A DNA stretch of 64,000 bases. It comes from Klebsormidium nitens (lineage: Eukaryota; Plantae; Klebsormidiophyceae). Below, piece after piece: positions 1 to 13,300 of the stretch (position 1 is the stretch's first letter; each line of letters begins with the position of its first letter). The DNA lies in the NCBI GenBank assembly GCA_000708835.1, contig DF237257.1, positions 41,885 through 105,884 on the forward strand, in the 5' to 3' direction. The notes beneath the pieces were generated by a model, which made no database searches, was not told the origin of the DNA, and saw nothing but the letters and a program-made list of their open reading frames with translations. A program made the translations under genes and the position numbers.

Positions 1-449
1 TTTTACAGGCGCCAAGCCCTGAACCCTGAAACGAAATGACCGAGGCAAGCCTGCGCGGCCGCCTTCTCAAACCTGCGCGCGGCCGCGGCAGATTTTGATA
101 CTTCGGATGTGCATGATTGAGAATTTGAGAATTTGAGAATTTTAAATCTAATTCTAACGGCTTCTGTTGCGCCTCCATGGCTACCGGTCCTCAAAATGTG
201 CTCCTTTGGCTGCTTTTGACGGGCAAATCGACTTATATCCATGCAGCTGGTTACCATCCGACTGAACTGTTTGGCACTGGTGGGCCAGTGGTGGCAGCTG
301 CACAGCATCTCTTTTCAGGCTCAGCACTTGCGTTTGGATCCCAACGAGGTATGCGTCAGGTGCTGTTCAGGCCCAGTTTAGCCAGGTCTTTCTTGTCAGC
401 ACAGGTCTTTCGTGTAGCTTCGTTCGGTACACCCTGAACCTCAGCATAA

Positions 450-1914
450 ATGGAGGCGGTTCTGAAAAGTGGGCGGTTGTCAGGCGCAGGGCAGCTCGTA
501 CTGCTGCAGGGCTACAGTCAGCAGCGATTGAGGGGTGTGGAAGATCCGTCAAAACACGTGAAAAGCAAGGTCTGCGCAGCTGCTGGTGGCCCGTCTGTCC
601 AGAAGCTGCTAGCGGAAAGCCTGAGAATGGCGGAAGGAAATGTTAAGGTGTCCCTCGAAATGGCGCAGGATGCTGCGAGCAGGGCATCCGAGGCAGAGAA
701 GAAGTATGCGGAGGCGAACGCGCAGCTGAAGGTTAGCGAGAGCAGCAGGAGGGAAGTTATCAACCTGCTCTTGGACAAGCAGGGCCGCAAGGACATTCGA
801 AGCGCCATTGGTGAGCAGAAATGTGACTTCCACCTTCAAGGAAGGTCTAAGCTCTATTGGAGGGGAAATAGGATGCAGCCCAGAATCTCGGCAGGTTGGA
901 GATTATCCGAAGTTCGGGGCTTTTGCTTTGTTAACCTGCTCTGTGTTTGAGGGTGCGGACTAGTCATGTCCAAGCTGCTACTGTCGCTGAATCGATTATC
1001 GCTTGCAAAAGCCACTTATTGCATGGCACTCTTGTGTGCCTGTAAAAAGAGCACCACATTAAAGGCCATCACCCGAGTTCAAAGAGGGCGTCTGCTTGCA
1101 AGTTGTAGCTTACCAAGTTTCATGGGGCCTTCTGTACCCTTTCCGCTATGTCAGCAGAGCTGGTACATAGCGTTGCCAGACTGCTCCTCTTGTTACCCCT
1201 CTCAATCCCGCTTTCCAGAAAACTCTCTACATGATTGAAAACAAAGTTCCGGGGCATTTTGCACAGACGTCTGCATTTTATCTCTGTAGAAGTGGCGAGC
1301 GAGGTGCCTGCACTCACCAACGTCACCATGTTCAAGGGTGTCCGGGGGCCCCCCGCTGTGATCGACACGCTTCTCAAGGACGCGACGGACAGCCTCGGTT
1401 TCATGAGCCGGATCACCAATGTCTGCTCACAAGCTGCCCTGCGGCCTCAGGACATACACGACAATCTGCGGGACATCTACCACCGGTACGCATCTCAGAT
1501 TGTTATAGCGCTCCTTCATTGACTCGATCTCAGGGTCCGGTTAGATAACCGTCAGTTGGAGCCCCTTTAGAGCAACTTTTTCGGGAGAGCATCAAGGCAT
1601 CCTTTCAATTGCACTCGAGATCAGTAACAGGTTTGTGAACATGTTTGGGTGCAGAACTGGAAGCAAGGGAGCAGCCTCTAGAGCCTATTCTTGTGCGTAC
1701 CTGCAGATTTGCCTCCGGGATGCACGGGCAAGAGTGGCCCGTTGTGGTCATCAACTCCGCTCACATCTCGGAGACCAACCTCCGAGCGGCGCTGGCTATC
1801 TTGTTCGATTTCGCGGGCATCAAATACGTGTATGTGGACAAGGGCACCGTCGTGCATTGCCCTTACAAGCTTCCGGGGGATCCCCTCGTGACCGTACGCC
1901 TTGTTCTCTTTTGA
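450..1914 (+). CDS. Hypothetical protein with short coiled coil (multi-exon; 5' end uncertain)
   Basis: In-phase exons ~510-810, 1290-1485 and 1707-1914 joined by GT-AG introns give ...QGRKDIRSAI|EVASEVPALTNVTMFKGVRGPPAVIDTLL...DIYH|RFASGMHGQEWPVVVINSAHISETNLRAALAILFDFAG...LVLF*. The ATG at 177 could not be spliced in phase with confidence. Confidence 0.65.
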
Positions 1915-3292
1915 GACCCTTGCATCGGAAGTTTTGCTTGGCTTTCAACATACGATTGATGCACAGGTAGTAGGCTTGTCTCGGTCCACCACACGTTCGC
2001 TGTTCTGGGGCTGGTCCATTATGTGTCTAGGAGATTGCTCGAAAGACGTTTTGAATCACATGCTCGCCACAGTTTGTACCTTCAGTGGAAGTTTGATACC
2101 AGATGGTCTTGCCACCCCTCCCTTGCTCTGTCCCATGTCCGAAATTGCACGCTTTTAAGCAGATTGTCCAGTACAATCAATTCGACGACAGTTCTTTCTT
2201 CGCGTGCAGACTGATCTCGGGATGACGCTTGAGGAGATACAACTCTACCTCCAAGACTATCAAAGCGCGACCTTGACCCGAGACCTAACAGTCTAGTGTA
2301 TAGAGCTTTGCAAAAGACGCGTGTCAGACCAAGTATCATTTAAAGGCAGCGGCCTTTTGATGACATTCTTGAATGGTGTTAGGGGCTTTGTAATTGATGC
2401 ATCAACGAAAATGGTTAATGGAACAAGACCTAAGCTAGCAGTCGATTGCACGTCCACCAACCATAGCATTCGATCGGTGGCTTTGATCAAATGAGATTGT
2501 CATAGAAGGTAAGCAACGTCTAAGGTACAGCTTGGTCAAGAAGTCTCGTCTTTAGTCCACACGACACTTCAACGGTTTTCTGCTAACCAGGGATCCCGAA
2601 TTAATGCAACTTGATCAACCCTTGATGCAGTTCTTTTGATCTTTTAAGTAAAGCGTTCGTCCTTACCTGGCCGGCCGTATCTTCAAATTTCTAGCCTTTG
2701 ACTTAGCCGCTTCACATCTACAACACCACGTTGCCAGGAGGTGCATGATGAGCTAGTGCGGGAAGGCATCTTTCAAAAGTCGTGACAAGAAGCATGCACA
2801 AGCCTTAAGACGCTGGCAGTGGTGCAGAGTCCGGAGAAATGCTTCCAACAGTTACTGAGTCGAAAGCTCTGTTGTTATAAGCGAGCAACTGACTATTGCA
2901 TCTGCGCATGGCCCGCGACCATATTACTACATAACAATTAACAACTTGGGATCAGTTTGGCAATTGAATGCATGCATGTATCATATCAATCGTTGCATGC
3001 GCCAGATGTGCCGTCATATTTATATTTCTCTCAGTGGTTAATACTGCGTTGTTGAGGCTGGCCGCAGTGACAAAAAATTTGACCATTGCCAGTATAAGGC
3101 AATGGCGCGCCGTAAAAGCACATGCATGCAATAGATGGTCATGTTGATTCTGCCGCCCATGCAGGACTGCATGTGCAAATATTGCAGCATGCGCACATGT
3201 GTGCGTCCTACACATACAATCAAGTAAATCAAGTATAATTAAGCCGGTATATATGTAATCATTATATAGGGAAGAGGAGGGGTAGCAGTAGT

Positions 3293-4312
3293 TTGAGACT
3301 TTCACTTTGGAATTGCCAGGGTTGGGGTGAAGAAAAGGCCGATGTTCTTTTAGAGCTCAGTTGTAAATTAGAGACTGAGGTCATTCTCTTGACCGAAAGT
3401 TGGGCTAGGCCACAAGAAAAGCTTGTTAAGGTGCGAGGGTTCCAAACATTTGAGCAGCCGCGTGGTTTTAACCATCAAGCCGCCTGGCGAGGAGCGGGGG
3501 GTTTGGCAGTTCTGGTTTCAGAAGCATTGGCATGCAGTGGTGTCTCCCAGTGGAAGGCTGGTCTGGGTGAAAGCCACATGTGGCTAAAATTCTCGGGTCT
3601 TGGGCCAGCGGGCAGAGATCTTTTCCTTTGCTTAGTTTATCTCCCTCCGGAGCAGTCTTCATGGTATCGTCAAGCTGGGATCTCAGTGGAGGAGGTCTTT
3701 GAGCAGCTCAGGGACGAAGTGGGAGAAGCGCTGCTATGTGGAGAAGTCTTGCTCGCAGGAGATTTCAATGCTAGAACGGGCGTTGTTCCTGATTGGATGG
3801 ATTGCAGGGACCTCCATCTCCTTGCTCAAACGCCAGATGCAGAGTGCTTTAGTGAGGTAAAATGCGCAACGCCAAGAATGTCCCAGGATAACGTGGTCAA
3901 CGCATCGGGAAGACTTCTCCTCGAATTCTGTAGGACAATAGATTGCAGAATTTTGAACGGTAGATCGAAAGGAGATGGAGAAGGAAAAGCTACTTGCTTT
4001 CCTGCAAGTGGCGGAAGAAGTTTGGTAAATGTTTTTCTCTGTCCAGCTTCTTTCGTCAAGAACGTCAATCTGTTGAGCGTGTTTGAGGAGCTGCCCGAGT
4101 CTGATCATCGGCTGGTGACGTTGAGCATTAACCTTCGTAGCAAAAGTCGGAGTTTTGGGACCGATCAAGGAGATGCAGGAAACGCCAAAGGGGAAAGCCT
4201 GGCGGAGCAGACGTTTCCAAGAGTACAAGAAGGAGGGATCCCTCGTTTTCAAGAATTGTTGGCTTCTTCTGTAGAACTGCTTCTTCTGGCCCAAAGCTCA
4301 AAAGGCATTTGA
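3293..4312 (+). pseudogene. LINE ORF2 apurinic endonuclease segment
   Basis: EEP/APE motifs. The reading frame switches to the RT frame within 4275-4312 (single frameshift). Confidence 0.9.
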
Positions 4313-6740
4313 TCCTTCGCAAGCAGCTGCAGATTTAGAAGAAGCCATCGAAAGTGCTGCCTTAGAGGCTTTTCCTACGCCGCAATCCAGGAAGGATTTT
4401 GTAGGGAGTGGTAGTCCAGCCTGGTTCGATACCGATTGTCGAACGGCCCGTAGGAGATTTCGAGACGCTTTGAAAGCAGGTGGGCCGTCTCACTTAAGCA
4501 GCCAACTAAAGAAGGAGTATCGAAAGCTTGTCCGGAGGAAGAAACGGGCTTTTAGCAAGTACCGCGCGGCCAAGTTAGAAGATCAAATCCTGAACAGTCC
4601 AGGTCGCTTCTGGAAGCAATTTCGAAAGAAAAGGCAAGGTCTAGGTCTGGCGCATAAGGAAGGCCTTGTCAGGCATTGCCAAAACTTGTATGAGCAGTCG
4701 GAAGTGGAGGAGGATGTCCTTGCAGATGCGACACACGCATCGCATGGTTTTGAGGAGGTCATACAAGCGAGAGGAAGGAGCGAAGGTCTGGAGGGCCGAA
4801 TTTTGGAGAGCGAGGTCGAAGCAGCGTTGAAGGGCCTCAAGAACGGAAAGAGCGCTGACTTAAAAGGTTTCACGGCTGAGTTGCTAAAAGCAGGGCAAAA
4901 GCAGCTCGTAGCGGGGCTAACCCAGGTTTTTAACCGGGCTTTCGAAGAGGGCGTGTTTCCGAGTAGTTGGAACGAGGGTGTGCTGGTTGCCATTTTCAAA
5001 AAGGGGGACCCGTCAGATTATGGCAATTATAGGACGGTGACAGTAGGGCCAATCCTTGGCAAGCTGTTTGCGACCGTCATCAATCGAAGGCTGACGGAGT
5101 GGGCGGAGAAAGGGTCGATTCGGGCGAACGGGCAGGCAGGGTTTCGGAAAGGGTTCCGAGCGGCGGATCATCTTTTGGCGCTGCGGGTTCTGATCGAAAG
5201 ATGGGGTCGAGGTAGAGATCGTCACCTCTTTGCCTGCTTTGTCGATTTTAAGAAAGCTTTTGATTTGGTGCCAAGGCAAAAGTTGTGGCGACGGTTGAAA
5301 GAACTAGGAGTGGGAGAAGAAATGCTGCAAAGTGTGCAGAGCATGTACACTGATGTCCGTTGCCGGGTTAGAGGAGAAGGTTGGATTTCGGAGGAGAGCT
5401 TCAAGAGCAGTTGGGGAGTTAAACAGGGGTGCCCGTTGAGTCCCCTTCTGTTCGGTTTGTACATAGACGGTTTGGAGGAGTCGATGCGCGGGGAGGAAGA
5501 TCCGACGTTAAAGGGGGTCAGATTTCCGCTTTTAGCGTTTGCGGATGATGTGCTTCTTTTGTCGAGGAACCCGGAGGGTGATCTGCAAAGAAAGCTGAGG
5601 CTGTTGGAAAAGTTTTCGAAAGAGAGCGGTCTTTCTGTGAATCTTCAAAAGACGCAGATTGTGGTCTTTGGCGGTCGGTTCAGCAGTCAGAAGGGAAAGC
5701 ACGACTTCGAGTATGGCGAAGAGCTGGTCGAGATTGTCCAAAGCTACCGCTATTTGGGGGTCCAGTTCAATTGCAACGGGAAGTTCACAGAGGCTGTTCA
5801 GCATCTGGTAGAAGCTGGGCGGAAGGCAAGTTTTGCGATGGAAAGGAGGTGTGCCGAGCTGGGGTTGCGCAGAGCGAGCACGAGGGTGGGCTTGTTTGAC
5901 GTTTTGGTTAGCCCAATCCTTGGGAATGGAGCGGAGGTCTGGGGCCCCGGCTACGGTCCGGAGTGGGGTTGGAACGGCGATGGGGACGGTCCTGAGAAGG
6001 TGCATCGCGCGTTTCTAAGGGGTTTGTTGAAAGTTCGGAAATCGTCGCTGTCCAAGGCGGTCTTGGGAGAATTCGGTCGGTTCCCCTTGGTGATCAGACG
6101 TTGGGCGCAGGTCTTCAAGTTTGTCAACCGGACGGCAAGTCTTGCAGAAAACCGGTTGGCCCGCTTGGCATTCGAGGAGTCGAAGGAGATGTGGGCAGCA
6201 AACGAAGGCGGGTGGTATGCGAGGATTGTAGGAAAGGCTTGTGAACTCGTTTCAGCAGATGAGAGTATAGGTGTTCTAAACCTGGCGTTGCTTCAAGAGA
6301 GGTCTGAGATGGCATATATGCAAGATCTAAGAGAGGGGTACGGCAGAAAGTTTTGCACGTACTTTGAGGATGTCAAGGAAGGCTACTCCTTTGAGTCTTT
6401 CATAGATGAAATAGGCGTCTCCAAGTACTTCGACACTCTAGCCAAATTCAGAGTCGGAGCCCACAAGCTTGCTATCGAAACAGGGAGTTGGCAAGGGATT
6501 GCTCGCGAGGAGAGACTCTGCCAGGTGTGCACGTTAGGAGCAGTAGAGTCAGAAAGGCATTTTGTCTATAATTGTCCGGCCTATAGCGACATTTGAAAAG
6601 TCTTTCACATTCTATTTGCGAACAGGGAGAATAGGAATTTGAAAGCTTTCCTTAATTTGCAGGACAAGTATGCGGTAGGTAAATTTCTGCATACTTCTTT
6701 AGAGAGGCGAGCTAGCATAACAGGACAATCGTCGACTTAG
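4313..6740 (+). pseudogene. LINE ORF2 reverse transcriptase segment
   Basis: Open from ~4275 (includes PAWFDTDC) to a premature TGA at 6594-6596 (likely CGA>TGA in CPAYSDIR). The same frame continues to TAG at 6738-6740. Confidence 0.9.
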
Positions 6741-7361
6741 CCAATCATGGCTCCGAAACGACGTTAATCAAACAATTACAATTACGATTAGAGGTAAGCA
6801 CATACCATCATTTCAAGCCAATATATCAAAGTGCCGGTGCCAGCATGTGCATGATCGTCACAAGCCTGTATGCAGCGTTGAAGTAACACTTGTGCTGGGC
6901 AGCGGCAAGAACGATCGAGCAGGTATTTCGAACAGGTGACGGAAGTGCTTGCCCAATGAATGTTTCAACATGCATGCCACCCACATACGTACCTTCATAG
7001 TGTAACGAAAGTTGAATGCACGCGAGGCAAGAACTTACGGAGCATAATCGATGGTCAGGAAAGACTGCGTACCTTTGACAAGAGACTCGATTGTGTGAGT
7101 ACACAAACATCTCATGCAGGAACTTCCAATGTGATTTGCGCGATTGCCAAGCCAACCAAGTTGTGCATTGAGGGTTTCGTGGTCATTCTACGTAATGCAG
7201 ATCAATTGGTTGATATCCGTCCGGTTGTAGATTACCGTACTTACCGCATCTATTAGCTCGCTAGTATCAAACCAGTACGACTAGACAGACTCTCGTCAAG
7301 ACGTGCAATCAGTAGTAAGTACTCTGGCTAGCGGCTCTCCACCTTCGTCCTTGGCGTCAGA

Positions 7362-10300
7362 TCAGGCGTCGGCGTAATCCACGCCCGCCTGGCTTTGATG
7401 GCTACTACCCTCTACACCATTCCACGTTGGCAGCGGTCCACCGTCGCTGCCGACCTCCAACCCCTGGAGCCCCTCCAGAGCTTCCCTCGAAGATATTGCC
7501 CGGTCCAGGAGCACTTCCCAATTTCTTCTGCGTTCCGTTTCCGTCGAAACTGCTACCTCCCCATCGGAACAGCCCTCTTGCTCCTTCTCGCTGGTCCTCG
7601 GCCTATGCCTGACAAACGGATTGTTGCGCCAGGCCTCAGCCTCGAGCCCGGGTTCGACCGAAACCCCATCCCTACGACCGCCCGCCGTTACTTGCTCGAG
7701 CTGCGACTCCGCCGATGCACTTCCTGCCCGCAAATCGTCCGTACTGCCCTTCCGGTCGCGCCCGCGTCCAAAGAACCGGCCCTCGCCCCGAAGCCGGCTC
7801 TTCAACTCCACTCCAAGCGGGTTAACGCTAACCCCCACACCCCCCTTGCGAACGTTCCCGAGTGTCGTCCGGCCCAGCGCACACGCGCCGTCCTTCCCCT
7901 CACCGACGCTCACTTTCGCGACCCGCTCCATGAAGCACGGCGACCGCGCGAGGGCCCGCGCCTGGTTCCGGTCGCCGTTCCGGATGTTCTCTTTGTCGGT
8001 ATCGGGGATGTTGTCGAAACCGCTCAGAGGACTCTGCTCCGCATTGCGAAAACGACGGATCTCTCCCGGGCTGCCGGCCGGCGTTGACGTGGCAGTCGCT
8101 GATTCGACCAGCGCCAAAAGCGCGGGTAACGCAACTGCCGGGCATTCTCTACCGACCGCGGTTCCTGAACTTCCGTTGGCGCTAAGTGGCCCCACCTCAT
8201 TCCATACTCCTGCCCGTAGATCAGGCGTTGTCGCTCTGGCCTTGACAATCACCAATCGCACCCCTTGGCTGGCAGCTTTTGCAGACGCCCGTTCTTTCGG
8301 CCCCGACGAATCTGCTTTTCCTAGAGCCGACGCGCTTTCCGCACTCACTGTTTCTTCAGAAGGAACGCCGTCCAAGCTGCCCCCCTCGCTGGTTCCTGTC
8401 GGGTCACTTGTCAATGCCCCTTCCGCGCTTTCTTCCGTCTCCGTTCCGGGTCGACTTCCAGAGCGCATCAGGCCCTCAGCACCGTCCGTTTCCTCAGCCA
8501 TTGCTTCAGATTCAGGCAAACTACTCTTAGTCGAACTCTCCGCTTCAGCTGGCTTTGGCCTACTCAGTGCACTAGCCTCCTGATCTCTGCCCGCATATCG
8601 TCTGCCCAACCCCTCAATCTCTTCAGCTTCCTTGGCCCGTCCGTTAATCCCTTCTCTTAAGACTTCGTCAGGCCGACCCGACAGTCTCAGAACCGCACGG
8701 ACACCCCTCGCCCCTCGTCTGGAGCCGCTAAAATTGGGAACTTCGTTCGGCCCGGGAACATCGTCCGGCCCGGTTGAGGCGACCACCTCCTCGCGAGCTA
8801 AGGCCTCGCCAGAGCTCCGCTCGAGAAGTGCATCACTCTCTTCGTTGCCCGCTTGTGATGTTTCGTCTTTCAAACCCTCGTTCCCAATACCTCCCTGCAC
8901 ATCTGCCTCTACCACGCCCCTAGTTTTTCCAGGCTCGTCGATCTCGGCCGGCGGCCGTTCTGAGGGGCCCCCGCTCTCCCCCTCGAGCGCAATCACACCC
9001 TCCCGGACCTCGGGGGATCCCTCCGACGCCTCCACGAACTCCTCGTCGCTCTCCGCCGGGCTGTCCGCGCCCGTGTTCGCGCTGACGTCATCCCGCTCCG
9101 GCAGCGCGACCGACAGCTGCTCCAGCACCTGCGCCTCTGCCGCCGGCGCGCACTCGGACTGCTCTCCTCCCGCCACCCCCTCCTGCCGTTCTCGCAACCG
9201 CTTGCCGGTCCCCGCCACTTTCTTCCTTCCCCCCCCGGCTTTCTGACGCGACACCCGCTTCTGAACCAGCGCCGCCGCTTCGTTCCGACCGCGGGAAACG
9301 GGCTCCTCTCCCTCGCCAGCGCGCCGCCCCTCCCTGCTCACGTCACGCCCCTCGCCGCTGACGTCACGCCTCCCGCTGCTGACGTCACGGTCGTCCCACC
9401 CGCTGGTGCCCGCCCTGGATCCCTTGCCTGGGGCGCTCTCTGCCCCGTCCCCGCTGCCAGGTGTCGCGTCCCGGTTGGCCGGCATCTTGCGGCGGCGCTT
9501 CCACCAGAGGGTGTCAGCAATCGCGCGCCGGAGCACGTCCACCTGTTTTAGGGCGTCCGACTTTTCGCTGTCGATGACGACCAGGGCGCGCCGCAGGTCC
9601 TGGCACTGCTGGGCGTACCTGCGAGATTTAGGATTTGCTTTAGGAACGTCAACCAAATATGGATCCAAGTACGACTCTTTGCTGGGCAATGGACGAATGT
9701 TCACCAGCGGCTTCCCGCACAGGATTACCGTGGCATACGGGCTGTATTTTAAAGATCAACAGCTTTGACGGGCTAAGTTCGCCATGACTCCGACGAGGAA
9801 GCCGCACACCAATTGATTTGTCATCAACGAGTCTGCAAGAGCCGGCCAGCACAATCGGCGGATTCTCGGGTATCAACCCTCGAAAGCAGACTCTCAGACG
9901 ATGCTTCAAGAAAACGTTTGTGCGCACATGTATGCCAGAAGCTTGTAAGGAAGGATATAAGCAATAGCTGCAAAACAGTGCTGAAGCCTCACGTGGGCGC
10001 TCTGACGTGGAAGCGTAGGGTGATGACGTCCTCTTCTGGGAGCAAGTAGCCCTCTTCCTTGAGTACCTCCAGTCGGAAGAACCGGTTGTAGCCCCAGCAC
10101 TCGCCGACCTGCGGGTTTAGAGTTGGTTAGGGAAACCGCCGCTAACCATTTCAGTTGGTTAGGAAAACCGCCGCTAATCATTTTGGATTGCGTTTCGCCT
10201 TTCAGACTCGTGCACTCGTGATACAAGAAGCGGCGGCTCGTTGCGACTTTGCTTAAGAATGCGCTCCGTCCTCTTTAAGCTCCTTAATTCTCTATGAAAA

Positions 10301-13300
10301 GGCAGAATGTGTCAAAGTTCAACCCGTGCCTGAAAGTGCCAAAGTTCAACCCGTGCCTGAAAGTGCCTACATTTAAAGAACTGCCGTTTTCTAAACCTGC
10401 AATTTTCCTTAATAAGATGACCGAAACCAGAGGAAAGAGTCCGGTGATGAGCTCTCACCTCAAAGACGGACGCGAACTCTCGTATCACTGACTGGGTGGG
10501 GCGAGTGCGATGCAGCATCTCGATCTTGTACTCGTACTTGGCCGGTTCCGAGCCTCCTTGAACCATCTGCAGCAAGAACAGGACTGCAATATCATCCGGA
10601 AACGTAAACCGGGCGGTCTTAGTGGTCCCCGACGGACAGAATCACGCCGTCAGTGGAAGTTCACGCCTGCAAACCGATGCGAAAGGCAAATTTGCATGTT
10701 CGAAGTTCGAGCTTTGAGAAGGGGCCGAGAGGGGGCCGCAGCGGACTGCGGCCGAAAACTGCTTGTGCACAGATGGAGTCGCAACGAAAAGGTACGCTTC
10801 TGAACTTCTTCTTGACGTCCTTGATCTACTTTTGATTTGACGTGTTCATAAAAGTAGATCTGACGTATTCAAAATTCCGCTTCCGGCTGCTCTCACCTCC
10901 AGAAAGACGGACAAGTAAGAGCCAGCTGCCACTCCGTTTCCGTTCGGGTAGACCTTGAGCCGCCACACGATCCCGGCAGCTTGGATTGGCTGAAAGCAGA
11001 GGAGCCCCGTTGTCAGGGTCTAAGGCCACAGAAATTCGGCATCAATCCTTTCGTACGCACTTTCATACCGGGTTCAGACGACGGTCGGAGCTTGCTCGTC
11101 AAGAGCAGTAATGGCCGACTTCTAACAACAGCTGCGCTTGACTTCCAATGGTTCCCTATGGAGTTCCGGCCCAAGTTGCCAAAACTGAAAGTCGTTAACT
11201 GGGCTCTGACCGTTCGTTGCAACTCTGGTCCCAACAAACTCGGCAGCTGGGCTCCCTGCGCAATTGCGCCCACTACATGCGCCAACCGGAACAAACCGAG
11301 CATTGAGCAAAGTCAATCACCTGACTGTACACAACGCCCGCCCCGTCAGACGCGTCTTCCGACGGATTCACCGCCGCGTTGCTCCCGTGCTGCGGCTCCA
11401 CCGTCCGGACGGATGTGACGCCCCTGGGGCTCGGAGCGGGGACCCCCGCGGCGGACGTCCGTCGCAGCACTCGCTCAAAATCGTGCAGGACAAACTCGCC
11501 TTGGTCGTACGGAGGAACGACCTGTAAGAGGAAGATTTTTGTGTTTGGATTCGGAGTTAAGAAGGTAACATTCTCTAGAAGGATCCTCACTGACCGAGTC
11601 CACAACGTTAGAAAGGACCCTTAGGAGCCGAAGATGGGCGACATTCGGTCGAAGGGGCATGTGGATCGTAAGAGAATTTGATAGTTTCAGGGAATGAGAG
11701 GGCCTGATGCCTTACGGAGTGGAAGCGCGCCGCTCGTTCCGATAAGAAGTCGCGAACAGCTGCGAAATTGGAGGATCTTGGCGCCAGATAGCTCGAGCAA
11801 GCGCTCTCGGGCAGAGTGAAAAGGATCATTGAGAGGTGGCATCCTCGCTGGTGCACGCATCTTTAAGCTGAAGAGGAAGCAGGCACCTTAGCATCGAAGT
11901 ACGCTGAGAATGCTTAGACGCACCAGAGACCGCGAATCCTGATGCACGCTTACGGGCTTACCTCCGAGATGAAGTCCGCAGGCACGGGCGTCCGGTTGAC
12001 GTCCGAGGTCGGTCGCTGCTGGACTTCTTGAAGCATGCTGCAGATACTCGCGCTTCGCCCGACGAGCTCGCCCTTGGGGACCGTGTCCAGCTGGGCGTTC
12101 AGGTCGTGCATCATGGTGTCCAGGCCCTCGATCTGCGGGTTAATGGCTAAACGTGAGATTTTGGATACCAGATAACCATGCCTTTTCTGGGGGACCGTAT
12201 TGAGCTGGGCGTTCAGGCCGTGCATCATGGTGTCGAGGCCCTCGATCTGCGGATCAAGAGGCTAATCGTAAGGTTCTGGACGTTTTTGAAGGATCGATTA
12301 AGAATGGGACTTCGGCTCCCTTTTATCCGCTTCTGAAGTTGGCTTCGAACCGTCGCATGAGGTGTCCGGGCCCTCGATCTGCGGGTTACGAGGCTATAAC
12401 GTGAGCTCTTTAAAAGACAAACATTTTATGTTGGGTTCACATTCCTTGTATCTACTTCTGGAGAATAAGACAACCGTCTTATCTTACACCTTATTTTTTG
12501 GTTAAGAGATCTTTCTAAGGATTGCTTGAGGATGATAGCCGGTTTTGGTTTTGGATGAAACATCGAGGCCCTCCGTCTGATATAAGCAGTCTCCGTACGA
12601 TATTAAAAACGAACTGAGAGCGAGAGAGGCGAACAACAGGAAGACTCCGATTGCCAGCTCACCTCCTGTGTCATCGAACCTTTCTGAGCGAGTAAAGTGA
12701 GCAGCTTCGACTTCAACTGTTGTTCCAAGCGCGCCTGCGGACAAAGCCAGCACGTTAGATATAGCTTCTCCGCAGACACAGTCAGACAAACGGATATTGC
12801 ACCAGAGCTGCATCTCTTTGACGAGCGCAAAAGCGGCGAGGCCAAGAGATTGACGAGGGGATGGGCATCCTTCCGCATTGGTGCGTTCCGTACTTCATCA
12901 AAAAGCAGCGAGATGTTAAAGAGGCACGAGGTCAAGACAGGCGTGCCTGCATGCCCTCAAACGCCAGCTGCAGCTCCATGCCCGCCTCGTCCTTTGCCTG
13001 AAAGCGTGGAGACTTGCATTAGCCTGATCGTAAGCGGGGAACTGTCGACACCTCAACACAGCCGCCAATACGCCTCTGAAGAGCTGCCGAACGTATCCCA
13101 ATCTGGCCGAATGAGCACGCCGGGACATTGATCAACTCTTTCCACAGAGAGGAACCGTTCCGTCAAAGCCGCCGTCGTTTGGAACGTTTTGCAACACTTG
13201 GTGCGGGAAGTGGTGGCTCCAAGCACTCGGACAGTTCGTTGCACCGGGTCGGACAGGTCACTCGGGCAAATAGGGACGAACAAAGCAACGGCATTGTTAG

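Larger units (their letters stand above)
3270..6790 (+). mobile_element. Non-LTR retrotransposon (LINE), RTE/RTEX-like, probably 5'-truncated, mildly degenerate
   Basis: APE endonuclease (LWNCQG, LTESW, LAGDFNAR, SDH), then reverse transcriptase (GVKQGCPLSPLLF, FADD, YRYLGV), then a C-terminal Cys/His motif (RLCQVC...ESERHFVYNCPAY). Short 3' UTR ends in an ACAATT tandem tail (~6771-6790). No convincing target-site duplication found. Confidence 0.93.

Noticed and set aside
9338-9392. Three RDVS-coding repeats in the TRIM37 tail
   Set aside because: Ordinary low-complexity repeat in a disordered region.
7362-9704. 780-aa ORF as a stand-alone gene, plus the long antisense ORFs 7395-8087, 7621-8583 and 8632-9246
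   Set aside because: It is the last TRIM37 exon (true start 9618). The antisense ORFs are shadows of GC-rich coding sequence.
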